Shown piece by piece: positions 12,671-25,296 of a DNA stretch of 64,000 nucleotides (position 1 is the stretch's first letter; every line of letters begins with the position of its first letter). The notes under the pieces are model-generated. The model saw only the letters and a program-made list of their open reading frames with translations. It searched no databases and was not told where the DNA came from. The DNA comes from Octopus bimaculoides (Eukaryota): assembly GCF_001194135.2 (NCBI RefSeq), contig NC_069006.1:7959007-8023006 (forward strand), read 5' to 3'. The translations under genes were made by a program, and so were the position numbers.

Positions 12671-15066
12671 ATATTCACATTATAACAATTAATAAATAAT
12701 TTGAACGTATCATTTCAGATCTAAATAAATTTTAAAAGGATGTCTATTTACATATACATATATATATATATATANNNNNNNNNNNNNNNNNNNNNNNNNN
12801 NNNNNNNNNNNNNNNNNNNNNNNNNNNNNNNNNNNNNNNNNNNNNNNNNNNNNNNNNNNNNNNNNNNNNNNNNNNNNNNNNNNNNNNNNNNNNNNNNNNN
12901 NNNNNNNNNNNNNNNNNNNNNNNNNNNNNNNNNNNNNNNNNNNNNNNNNNNNNNNNNNNNNNNNNNNNNNNNNNNNNNNNNNNNNNNNNNNNNNNNNNNN
13001 NNNNNNNNNNNNNNNNNNNNNNNNNNNNNNNNNNNNNNNNNNNNNNNNNNNNNNNNNNNNNNNNNNNNNNNNNNNNNNNNNNNNNNNNNNNNNNNNNNNN
13101 NNNNNNNNNNNNNNNNNNNNNNNNNNNNNNNNNNNNNNNNNNNNNNNNNNNNNNNNNNNNNNNNNNNNNNNNNNNNNNNNNNNNNNNNNNNNNNNNNNNN
13201 NNNNNNNNNNNNNNNNNNNNNNNNNNNNNNNNNNNNNNNNNNNNNNNNNNNNNNNNNNNNNNNNNNNNNNNNNNNNNNNNNNNNNNNNNNNNNNNNNNNN
13301 NNNNNNNNNNNNNNNNNNNNNNNNNNNNNNNNNNNNNNNNNNNNNNNNNNNNNNNNNNNNNNNNNNNNNNNNNNNNNNNNNNNNNNNNNNNNNNNNNNNN
13401 NNNNNNNNNNNNNNNNNNGAGTAGATAGACAGCCGACAACTGATGAAGGGTCCTTCCTCTGTGTTTACTTGTCCTGTTCCCCATTTTTTTTCTCGTTTAC
13501 ATAATGAACTTGTTTGTTTACGTATTTCATGTTGTTTGAACCGTTAGTGATGTCCTGTACCCATATATAGATGTTAATATAGATATACTATATATTATTT
13601 ATTATTTAATTCAACGCCATGCATCTATTTCCAAGTATATATACATACATACATATACACACACACACACACACACATATATATATGCATGTATATATAT
13701 TCTATCTTTTGTTTGTTTCAGTCATTTGACTGTGGCCATGCTGGGGCACCGCTTTCAAGGGTTTTAGTTGAACAAATCGACCCCAGAACTTAATAAACAA
13801 ATTTTTTTTAGGCCTAGTACTTATTCTATCAGTCACTTTTGCCGAACCCCTAAGTTACAGGGATGTAAACACACCAATACCAGCTGTCAAGTAGTGGTGG
13901 GGGATAAACACACACACACATAATTATATATATATATATATGACAGGCGTCTTTCAGTTTCTATCTACCAAATCCACTCACAAGGCTTTGGTCAGTCCAA
14001 GGCTACAGTAGAAGACACAAATAAAGTACCAGTATTCCTTTCATCTTCATCATTATCATTTAATGTTAGTTTTACCTTGCTGGTATGGGTTGGATGGTTT
14101 GACTGAGGACTGGCAAGGCTGGAGAGCTGCACCAGGCTCAAGTCGTCCGTTTTGGCATGGTCTCTACAGCTGGATGCCCTTCCTAACATCAACCACTTTA
14201 CAGAATGGACTGGGCACTTTTTACATGGCATAAACACCAGTGCTTCTTATGTGGCACCCTCACCAGTGCTTCTTATGTGGCACCATCACCAGTGCTTATG
14301 TGGCACTAGTGCCAGTGCTTTCGTTGTGGCACCTGTGCCAGCACCAACCAAGTACTGGGGAGTCAATGGAATCAACTTTCCCCAAGCTGGCAGAATCGTT
14401 AGAGTGCCAGAAAAAATGCTTTATGCTGTTCAAGATCTTTACGTTAAGAGTTCGAATCCTGCTCAGGCTAACTTTGCTTTTCGTCCTTTCAGAGTTGATA
14501 AAATAAAATAAAGTACAGGTCAAGTACTGGGGTCGATGTAGTTGACCATCCCCTCCCCTCCCCCTCCCCTCAAATCTGCTGGCCTTGTACCTATGAAGGG
14601 GCAGTGGGGTAGCAGAGTTGGTAGGGCATTGGAAGAAAAATGCTCCGCACTATTTATTACCGTTCTTTACATTCTGACATTAAATCCGGGCGAGGTTGAC
14701 TTTGCCAGTCGTCCTTTTTTGGGTGTGTGGGGGGGCGATAAAATAAAGTACCAATTAACGACAGGGGTCAATGTCATTGACTAGTAGCTCACCTTACTTA
14801 ATAAATTGCAGGCCTCATGCCAAAATTTCAAACCTTTATTATTATTATTATTATTATGCTTAGTGGTATTTCATCTGTCTTTAATGTTCTGAGTTCTAAT
14901 TCCACCAGGGTCGACTTTGCCTTTCATCCTTTGGGAGGGATGGGGGCAATAAAATAAGTACCAGTGGAGTACTGGGTCAATGTGATCAATTTACCTCCTC
15001 ACCCAAAATTGCTGGCCTTGAGTCCAAATTGGAAACCAGTATTATCAATATTATTATTATTATCAA

Positions 15067-15109
<43 letters not shown>

Positions 15110-15214
15110 ATAAACAGTACAACAGCAACAGCAACAATGAAAGCTGACATCAAAATTGAGTTCAGTTGGAAAGCAAAAGAAAGAAAACACAAAAGAAAAA
15201 GAGACAAGCAGAAG

Positions 15215-16135
15215 CAGTTTTGACTTTTATGGCTGTGCACACTGTCCTTGAGCAAGACACTTCATTTCACACTGCCCCAGTCCACTTGGATGGCAAAAAC
15301 GAGTAACTTTACAACAGACTGGTGTCCTGTCTAGGGAGGAATATATACCCCAGAGAAACTGACCGTACGCTCCTTATGGCTTCACCATACAGAAATAGAT
15401 TGGTGGAGGCGGATGGTTTAATGGTTAGGGGTGTCGGAGATATGATTGTAAGATTGCGGTTTCAATTCCTGGACTGAGTGATGCATTGTGTTCTTGAGCA
15501 AGACACTTCATTTCATGTTGTTCCAGTGCACTCAGCTTGTCAACATGATTAATCCTGTCCCGAAGTGGCATCCCCTCCAGAGAAACTAGGAAACCAACTC
15601 TATGTTCCTTACAAGAGTAATGAGGACTGACCATACAGAAAGAGGCTGGGGGAGATGCATAGCTTAGTGGTTAGGCTGTTGGACTAATGATTCTAAGATT
15701 GTGGTTTCAATTCCTGGACTGAGCAACGCATTGTGTTCTTGAGCAAGACACTTCATTTCACGTTGCTCCAGTCCACTCAGCTGGCAATAGTGAGTAATCC
15801 TGCGAGGGACTGGAGTCCTGTCCAGGAGGGAAATATACACAGCAGAGAAACTGGCCGTATATACCTTAGAGATTAATGTGGATTCACCATACAGAAATAG
15901 ACTGGTGGATGGCTTAGTGGTTAGGGTGTTGGATTCATGATCGTAAGATCGTGGTTTCAATTTCTGGTCTGGGTGATGAGTTATGACTTTGAGCAAGACA
16001 CTTTATTTCACGTTACTCCAGTCCACTCAGCTGGCAAAAACAAGGTTGCGACAGACCAGCATCCCATTCAGAAGGGAATATATGCACCAGAGAAACCTGA
16101 AAACCAACCCTATAATCCTTTCATATGACTCAGGA
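15215..16135 (+). mobile_element. Tandem array of ~4 tRNA-headed SINE units (~240-bp period) with a Meta-domain-like core
   Basis: Each unit has TTAGTGGTTAGG...GTGGTTTCAATTCCTGG...TTGAGCAAGACACTT.ATTTCAC...CAGTCCACTCAGCT...GACTGG..TCCTGTCCAGG. Units are joined by CCATACAGAAA.AGA.TGG. Confidence 0.7.
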
Positions 16136-16578
16136 AGGACCTTTATCCTTTATCCTATCTCCCCTATTAAATCACAATAACACTCCGCACTATCAGATGG
16201 GATCTCAAATGCAATGAGCTCATACGGTTGATACAGCACGTTGCCATAGCAATGCCAGCCCCTTGCCAACATCCTATCTGAGCATGTGGGCTGAAGAATA
16301 TGGTAAACAGCTTATGTTGCTTCTACAGCATTAACACTATATGGACATGAGCTGACCATCAAGGACTAACATTGAGAAGCTATCTTGAATTTGTCTCAAA
16401 TCCTGTTACTCTTCTCTAAATGCCTGATGAGATGGGTTCGTCCTACACACCCAGGAAACTTTATGTCATGTGAAGCTGAGTCAAACTGTTATTTAAATAT
16501 ACAAGTCATTCCTACCAAATGTGTTGAGTGCCACTCTGATTTGTCCACTCACTTGAATACACACATGTAGGAACACAT

Positions 16579-16615
<37 letters not shown>

Positions 16616-16912
16616 TCGTTTAACATCCATTTCCATGCTGACATGGGTTGGACGGTTTGACTGAAGACTGGTGAGCCAGAGGCTGCACCAGGCTCAATCT
16701 GGTCTGGCAAAGTTTCTACAGCTGGATGCTCTTCCTAACGCCAACCACTCCAAGAGTGTAGTGGGTGCTTTTAATATATATATATATATATATATCAATT
16801 TAATACACAATTACAAAAGGGCTACTGATGGTTTCATGCTTTTATGATACTTTAATTTGGCAGGAGTACTTTTGTTATTGATTCTACCTATATTGGATCT
16901 ATAAACTATATA

Positions 16913-17010
<98 letters not shown>

Positions 17011-17505
17011 CATATATATAGGTATATACATATATGTACATATACACACACACTGCACAAATGTATACACATGTATATATTATATACACAAATTCATTTA
17101 ATATTCTTGAAATGAAATATGGGATAAAACACACACACATATAAGCCAGAAATAATAAATTTTGTGCTTATTGTTAATTACAGTCTAGGAATCTTTTAGT
17201 TGAAAGAACTAAAGAAAATAAAAAAACATCCTGAAATGGTCAAGCATTCAGGGCCAAATTAACTTCTGCACAATAAAGAACGGCACGGTTGGATATTATC
17301 TCTCAGATATAACTTGCTCCTGATTTTAATATTCCATTTCTGTGCTTTCCTTTTGCCCAACAATTTTTGGTAAGGTTTCTTTTTTTTGTGTAAACGAAAA
17401 TGGGGGGGTGGGGGTGGAATGGTTGAAACTAAAAAAAAAAAAAAAAAGCAAACAAACCCACAAAACAAAATAAACACAGAAACATGCCTGAATAATAAGA
17501 CTCAC

Positions 17506-20160
17506 CAATCCACTGTGACATGGCGCCTCGACTGAATGGCCTGAGTGGGAGGAATTTTCCGAAACTAACACAACCAGTGAAGAGTATGGTATACGGACTA
17601 ATTTCACGATTGGCTGCCTCACCCCTAGATATTTAACCAATGAGTCGGTTTTGCAATTAAATCGCCTCCACTGCTCGGTACCTTGTGATACCGAAGAGAG
17701 CTCAGAGTTGTAAGTAGGGAAAGCTCGAGAGCCAGTGCCATGAAACTCACTAAGGGCCAAAACACTACGATCTTCAATTCTAGGAGCAGGTATGGTCTCA
17801 ACAGGAGGCAGAACCGTCATGTCAGAGTCGTCCCTGTCACTTGTCTCAAACAGTGAGTCTCTGCTTAAATGACTCTTCAATACTCGACAATCCCAGGGTT
17901 TAAAATTTTTCGGCAGCTGTGCGTCATGGATCGAACTAGGTGTTAGACATGTCATTTCTGGCATAAAGTCCTGTAAATAACAATGCTGACTCCGGTAAAG
18001 AGTCTTATAACTCTTCTTTTGTTCTGTGGTCTGTAACTCTGCTAACTCCTTATGGAAGTCAAACAATATGCTGTCATAGTCAAAGGAAAAGCTGTCTTTG
18101 CTGTCATTGTATTGGGTTAAAAAAGGGTGTGTTAGTGGGGTAACAAAAGGTTTTCTCACCTTTGGAGAAAGCTTGTCATCATCCATCCTATCATCACCTT
18201 TTGTCGTCATCGTTGTTGCTGCTGTATCACAAGTAGGCAAATCATTTTGCAATGCGTTATCACTTTCAGAATTGACAGGCACATTCTCTCGAATAATGCG
18301 CATAGTGTAAATGGAATTATCAGCACCTTCTTTTCCAGCATTCAAGGATCTGGATGCTGGGTTTTCACTGTCAGAGCTGTATAGTCCTTTCTCACGAATA
18401 ATCTTTACTTTGGACGTGAAGGCACAACCACCTTGCCCACTTTTACCACAAGATTTATTGCTTGATTCTTTGGAAGCAAGATGGTGCTTGGCACCACCAG
18501 CTGCGTAATTAATTAGTAGATCCTCATCACTGTCTGAACTGCTCGACCGTTTTTGATTCTGAGAATATAACAGTTTGATTTGCGAAAGTTTCAGGTCATC
18601 AGATTCGAATTCTGAATGTGACGATGATGCTGAAGAAACTAATTGTTGTGGCTGTTCATCTTGAGAATCGGACAATTTTCTTCTTTTTCTTCTGATCGTT
18701 TTTCTATTAAGATCAGAACTGGAATCAGAATCAGAGTCTGAGTCTTTAAGTATTTCCTTTTTAGACAAAGAAATTTTGAATGGCTTCACCGTTTTCTGTG
18801 TTCTGTTATTATCACATGCTGTTGCTTGATTCTTGGACTGTCCACTTTTCAATGCTTGACCGGAAGACCATTTCATTCGTGAAGTATTCAACACTGGACT
18901 TTCGGGATCACTTTCCTCTATGTTCTCCACTTTGAATGGACTTTTGCTATCGGAATCACTGGTGATGATTTTCTTGGCTTTCTTTGACTTCACATTTCCC
19001 AGGGTACTGTTTATGATACGGTTCCGAAACAGACGAATTCTAATTGGACTGTTATTTGACTCAGATGAATCACTTACCTGTATTAGCTTCTTCAGCTTGG
19101 CTGGCGGTGTGAAAGCACTATCGGAACTAACATTACCTGACTCAAGGGATGCTTTGTAAGGGCGGCTACGAACTGGTGTGCCCATCTCCTTCATAACATT
19201 ATTCTTCTCCGCAGTCACTTCCTGGCTATCGCTGGAAAGTAATGAGAACGGTGTGTTCCTGATACGTGAAACATTTTTCACAACTGACTCATCCGTCTCT
19301 TGTTCTACATCCTCATCACTGTGCAAACTGGTGACAGCATCACTGCTGTCTTCAAAAACAGACTGAAGAACCTCAAATGCTGACAATCTCTTTGAATTTG
19401 GAACCATCACCAATTTTCCTGATTTATCTTCTGTACAAGGTTTCAGAGACGATGAGATTTGGCATTCTTTTTCCTCAGAGACCTTTAAATCATTTCTGTC
19501 ATCGTTACAAGACACGTCAGCATCAGCATCTGGGAGAACTATGCTGGTTTCTGCAACAATGAGAGATGATTTTTTCTTACCACTTTGTTGTACAGATGTC
19601 AATTCTTTCTGAGTTGGTTTGGCAATGACTCGAATGTTTCTTCGAGAATGACTCATGCCAATTGTCTTACTCATCATTTTTGAACTTCCATGCACAGCAT
19701 CCTGCAAATTCCCATCACTCCCACCACCACTAACATCATCTTCATCTTCTTTGACTGCATCAGTCTCCAGATCTACCTCATCTTTTACATCACCATAGTT
19801 ATCTTCACTGCTTTTGACATTATCAACACTTTTGGCATCACTCTCCAAACTGACATCATTTTTTCGGTCAGTTCCAATATTTTGATCATCCTTGGCACCA
19901 GCCTTACAATTAGCAGCATCACCATTAATCTCACAACTACCATCACCATCACAATCATCATCATCATCATCAACATCATCAACAGACCCTGCTTCTTTTG
20001 GCAACTCACTTCCATTTTGGGCACCACTGCCTGATTTTTCTCTGGCGCTATCTGATATCTCCATCGTGCTCGTGTTCTCTGGTAAGACTGTCGTTTCTGA
20101 TGCTTTTGATGATGTTGTGTCTTTCATCTCAGTGTTTCTGTCATCTTCATCTGCAGATTT
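17506..20160 (-). CDS. HIRIP3: HIRIP3-like coding exon 3: giant 885-codon Ser/Asp/Glu/Lys-rich, mostly disordered central region
   Basis: Lies inside the 946-aa ORF 17326-20166. Strong acceptor (polypyrimidine + TTGCAG|AAA) at 20161 and donor TTG|GTGAGT at 17505; 2655 nt, phase 0 to 0, compatible with both flanking exons. Confidence 0.85.
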
Positions 20161-20324
20161 CTGCAAGGGGAGAGAGTAAAGGAAAAAAAATAAAAGAAAA
20201 AGAAATCAACATATTGCTTTAATTAAATAAATTTATTTTCATTTATTACATTTTTTGTCTTTAAGACAAACATGATTGCATACAGCCACACACAAGCTAT
20301 ATATATACCCCAATCATGTGGGTG

Positions 20325-20680
20325 TGTATATAGATATGTATATATACATATAACAGACATATATGTATATATATATATATACATATATACCACACACATA
20401 TACATGCATACACACATATATATATATACACACACATACACATATATATATACACACACACATATATATATATATACACACATACACATATATATACACA
20501 CACACATATATATATATACACACACACATACACATATATATACACACACATACACATATATATACACACACATACATATATATACACACATACATATATA
20601 CACATACATACATATACACACACACATGCATACATACATATATACATACACATACATACATATACACACACACATATATA
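20325..20680. repeat. Compound (TA/CA)n microsatellite; many others of this kind, e.g. 16915-17090, 48890-49170, 51040-51205, 60990-61430
   Basis: Direct reading of the sequence. Confidence 0.9.
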
Positions 20681-21065
20681 TGGTTTCTGTCTACCAGATC
20701 CATTCACATGCCTTGATGGGCCCAAACCTGCACTATAAAACACATGCCCAATGTGCTGTAGAGTCAGACTGAACCCAAGGCCACATGGTTGGGAAGCAAG
20801 CTTCTTAACCACACAGCCACGTCTGTGTCAATTCAGTAAAATAATTTTGTCCTTATTAGCTGGTGTTTGGAACATAAATAAACATAATTTTGATGGCAGG
20901 TTCTAATTTAGATCACTTTAACCCTTTTGTTACCATATTTTTGTTGAAATACATAGCTTTGGTTCCAACTAATTAAGAAAATAATGAAGAATTTGGTAAA
21001 AAATATTTGTCATTGGTATTTGGAACATTGAAATTTTGATGAAAGGTTTTTAAGTTTGACTCCTT

Positions 21066-21834
21066 GGTTGACTGGTAAATTCCACTGTGGTAAATAATTC
21101 CACCACGGAAAATTCCACCATAGATGAAATTATCATTATCATTATCATAATTTTTATCATCATCATTATCAAATCATTATTTAGAAGGGTTCCACGATGC
21201 TTAGCGCTCATCACTAACATTCACACATCCAAATTTGTGGCAACTATGCACCGCCCTTAAATCTGAGGGAGGATTAAGCGAGACAAAAGTTGCACAGGTT
21301 CAACCTGAAGACTCAACTACAAAAAAACCATCAAATAATTGATGCACGACTGAAGAAGCTACTTCAGGGATATCAAAATGAAAACCCTCTGCAATTTTTA
21401 AGAAGTATTGCACACAATTTGTCTTTAAAAAAATTTATTTTTAAATAAATTAAACTTTTTTTTTTTATCCTAAATCTGTTTCACAATATACTCACTATTA
21501 TTTTTTATCCAATTGTTATAATAAAATGTGTGCAGAAATTTAATCTTTTCTTTCTTTATCCCAAATTATATTATTTTTGAAATTTTGCGAGGAGTCTTTT
21601 TCATAGATTCTTGCTCGATGGGAGGACATTAAAGTGATCCCATCTCAATTGAAGTAGATTATAAAGATTATTTTCTATCTCACCTTCAGACTCTCTCTCT
21701 TCTTAAGACCTGAGAGATAGACAGATTAAATAACATAGGTATTGACCCATGGTCTAGAGAAACTGACCACAGTGATTATTAGCAGGCGGAATTTACCATG
21801 GTGGAATATACAGTGGAGGAATTTACCTAGAACC
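21066..21834 (+). mobile_element. Internally deleted MULE (Mutator-like) DNA transposon
   Basis: Inverted ends GGTTGACTGGTAAATTCC / GGAATTTACCTAGAACC with sub-terminal repeats. 21180-21425 translates with shifts to EGFH...HPNLWQL..LKSE...IDARLKKLLQGYQNENPLQFLRSIAHNL, typical of a MULE transposase C-terminus. Confidence 0.65.
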
Positions 21835-21840
21835 GACTCC

Positions 21841-22072
21841 TTAACCCCTTGCAGACAGATTTGGTACTGACAGTCTGTGCTGTGTACCTGGTATTAGGCC
21901 GTTCAGTAACTACATAATTTACATGCAAGGAATTTGACAGTGTGTTTACAGACTCTTCTTAGTGTAGCAGATTTGAGAACATGATGCCACACAGAGCGAG
22001 ACATTGCACTGCTCACACACACACACAGAGTTTCAATGTGGTCAGCACCACTTCCTGTCTGCAAGGGGTTAA
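21841..22072. mobile_element. piggyBac-type MITE flanked by TTAA
   Basis: Perfect TIR TTAACCCCTTGCAGACAG ... CTGTCTGCAAGGGGTTAA. The right TTAA is shared with the next TTAACCC-starting element. Confidence 0.7.
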
Positions 22073-22400
22073 CCCTTTTTTACCATATTTTTGTTGAAAT
22101 ACACTAAATTGCTTCAGTTTAGTTTGAAAACAACAAAGAATTTAGTGAAAAGCTGGGTGTTTCAAACGTAAATTAGCATGGAATGTTTACAGAAAGTTTT
22201 AAGTTTTATATCAGACAGGAAGTGTGTACCATAAGACCAAGGTTTTATGGTACACACTTCCTGTCTGATCTAAAACTTAAACTTTCCGTTAAAATTCTGT
22301 GGTCACAGATGGGATGGTATCAAAAAGAAGAGAAAAAAACAAAACAAAGACAAACAACAACCTGCCCCCTTTCTCTAAAGCAATGAAACCCCCAACTTAC

Positions 22401-22533
22401 ATCTTTTCCTACATTGAATTCAAACAACAACTTGATGATAACGTCGGTAAGGAGAGTCTTTTGCTCGGAATTCAAACTGGTTCTGTTTGAGTGCTGTAAG
22501 TATTGCTTCCGCACAATCTTCTTGGTCAGCAAG
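22401..22533 (-). CDS. HIRIP3: HIRIP3-like coding exon 2 (N|LLTKKIVRKQYLQHSNRTSLNSEQKTLLTDVIIKLLFEFNVGKD), DEK-C-like N-terminal helical domain
   Basis: Acceptor GTTGTAG|C and donor GAT|GTAAGT; 133 nt, phase 2 to 0. Aligns with human LTHSIVRRRYLAHSGRSHLEPEEKQALKRLVEEELL (recalled). Confidence 0.85.
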
Positions 22534-22677
22534 CTACAACAACAACAACAACAAACATAAATATAATAAACTGCTTGAAATAAACGAACTACAATCAAAT
22601 ATTTAAATAAGTACCACCACCACTACTACCATCATCATCATTCTCATCATCATCTTGTTGTTTAACCCATTAGCTTT

Positions 22678-23120
22678 TAACCCTTTCGTTACCAGCCTGG
22701 CTGAAACCGCTTCTGGCTCTGTAGTACAAATGTCTCGTTTTCTAAAGTTTTGAATTAAACTCTTCCACCAAACCTTAGTCACAATTTATGTTCCTAACAC
22801 TAGCTTAATGATAACTAAGTTATTTTACTAAATTCTTTGTTATATTTAAAATTAATTGAAAGAAACATAGAGCATCTCAAGAGAATTTGTAACAAAAAGG
22901 TTAAAATATATAGTAGAGAAACAATCCTTAACCCTTTCATTAACAACCCACCTGAAACTGCCTCTGGCCCTGTAGTACAAATGTCTTGTTTTCATAAGTT
23001 TTGAATTAAAATCTTCCACCAAACCTTAGTCACAATTCATGTTCCTAACACTAGCTGAATGATAACTAAGTTGTTTTACTAAATTCTTTGTTATATTTAA
23101 AATTCATACCAGTCATATCC
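22678..23120 (+). mobile_element. Two adjacent copies of a TTAACCCTTT-ended MITE (~220 bp); relatives at ~4497, 7575, 8085, 20918, 22070, 35435
   Basis: TAACCCTTTCGTTAC...GTAACAAAAAGGTTAA, with a near-identical interior repeated at 22930-23110. Confidence 0.6.
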
Positions 23121-23189
23121 TGGGTCCAAATATTCTAATTGTTTTATGTTCAAACTGGTTAGGTGAGCTTGGCTCCGTTAGTATTCATC

Positions 23190-23720
23190 ATCATCCTTTA
23201 ACGTCTGTTGTCCATGCTGGCATGGGTTGGACGGTTTGACTGGGCTGGTACACTGGATGCCCGTCCTAATGCCAACCACTCCGAGAATGTAATGGGTGTT
23301 TTTACGTGCCAATGGCATGGGTGTCATTTTTGTGTGACACCGGGGTGCATTTACATGTCACCTGCACAGGTGCCAATTTGCGTGACATTGTTATCTGCCA
23401 CAACTGTGATTTTGTTTGGCTTGATGGGTTTTCTTCTCAAGCATGACATAATGCCAATGGTCTTGGTCATTGCCTCCATGAGGCCCAACAGTCAAAAGGA
23501 ACTCAGCCACTTTGCCTCTGTGAGGCCCAATGCTTGAAAGGTGTTTTTTACATGCCACCAGTACGGGTGTACTTAGCTTGATGAGTCCTCTCAAGCACAG
23601 CACATCGCTAAAGGTCTCGGTCACCAGTCATTGCCTCAGTGAGGCTCAAAGTTCGAAGATCATGCTTCACCACCTCGACCTATGTCTTCCTGGGTCAACC
23701 TCTACTGCAGGTTCCCTCCA
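23190..23720 (-). mobile_element. RTE LINE 3' fragment (ORF end + UTR)
   Basis: The minus strand reads VEGTCSRG*PRKT*VEVVKHDLRTLSLTEAMTGDRDL, then the same UTR and tail. Other copies at ~6870-7130, 7690-7900, 14060-14350, 16610-16770, 25800-26820, 39510-39900, 40110-40430, 53570-54860, 56780-57420. Confidence 0.75.
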
Positions 23721-25241
23721 CAGAGATCTGCACTTCTTTACATACAGGGTTAAATTAAAATTTAGCATCTACAGTGAGATGTGTCTCTTCAGATAATTTA
23801 AACTTTGTGCGACGTATAAGTTTGCTTTTTAAATGTTGTTTATTCTTATCTCTTTACCTCTTTCCATACGATTAGGGCACTTTGTGGTCAAAATATCAAC
23901 TACAACATATTTTATTTCTTTACCAACATTATGCTTTCAGTTTTAAGATAAGCTGGCTTTGATAATGATTCAAGCATTAATTTGGTAGCCATTTTATGAA
24001 TCTCAGAACAATGAATGGCAAAGTCAGTTTTCAAAGTATTTGAACTCAAAACTTGTTTTTTCTTGAGCCTTACAACTTATAAGGCTGATTGCTCAGTTTC
24101 CATGGAGCTTAAGTGACCGAGATAATGCACTGGTTACAACAGTGAGGGTTCCAGTTGATCTGGTCAACGAAACTGCCTGCTCATGAAATTAACATGCAAG
24201 TGGCTGAGTACTCCACAGACATGCATACCCTTAACGTAGTTCTCAGGGAGATTCAGTGTGACACAGAGTGTGACAAGGCTGGCCCTTTGAACTACAGATA
24301 CTATTAATTTTTGCCTGTTGAGTGAACTGGAACAATGCAGAATAAAGTGTCTTGAATAAGGATACAATGCCCTGTTGGGTATTGAACTCACGACTTTACA
24401 ACTGTGAGGCGAATACCTCAACCACTTAGCCATGGGCCTTCAATATCTTTGAAGGCCCATGGCTTCATAAAAACAATACCCTCAAACAGGATGCCATAAA
24501 AACAATACCCTCAAACAGGATGCCAACAGGTTAGCAACTTTTGAAGGGAGGGGACAAATCCTATTTCTGCTAGAAATATGAACCAAATTCCTCTAAATCA
24601 CACCAGACCAAGATGGACAAACGCATCAGACAACAAAGTTAGAGATATATACACAAAGAAAAAAAAAATTAAATTAAAAAAAAAAACCCACCAGGAGTTG
24701 CGTGAGTATACCTGGAACACTTTTGCTCATAGGTTTGTGGGAAAAGGCACATGTGGAGTTAAACCACCACAACGAAATGGGCAACAATAGTTTATATACA
24801 AAGGCTAATCCAAGGAATTAACACTAACCCCTGTCCTCAGAAATAGCTGGGTCTTTGGACCAATGTACAACATTATTATTATCATTATTATTATTACTAT
24901 TATTATTATCATCATCAATATTATAGAAATAAGTAAAACATGCTGTGTCCTGAATTCCACCAAAGAGGGTTCTGCTAATCCCAGGATTACTGAAACTAAC
25001 TTTGATAACATGACAGCAATAAAATATTGAGTGAGTGTGTGTGTGTGTGAATGCATTATTAAGGTACGCTTATATCTATTTATCTATCTACTCCACCTCT
25101 CTCTCTCTCTCTCATATATATGTATGTATATGTGTATGCATGTATTGTGTATGCATTACGTATCTCTTTCTATATATATATATGTATGTATCCATACGTG
25201 TGAATGTATGTGTATATGTGTGTGTGTGTGTATGTATTATG

Positions 25242-25296
<55 letters not shown>

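Noticed and set aside
17326-17505. Extension of the 946-aa ORF beyond the donor at 17505
   Set aside because: Read-through into intronic poly-T/poly-A sequence after a consensus GTGAGT donor.
20223-20812. ORFs rich in YIYI/CVCV/HTHT, also at 5153-5625, 25031-25517, 50853-51315 and 60977-61530
   Set aside because: Translations of dinucleotide and tetranucleotide microsatellites; not coding.
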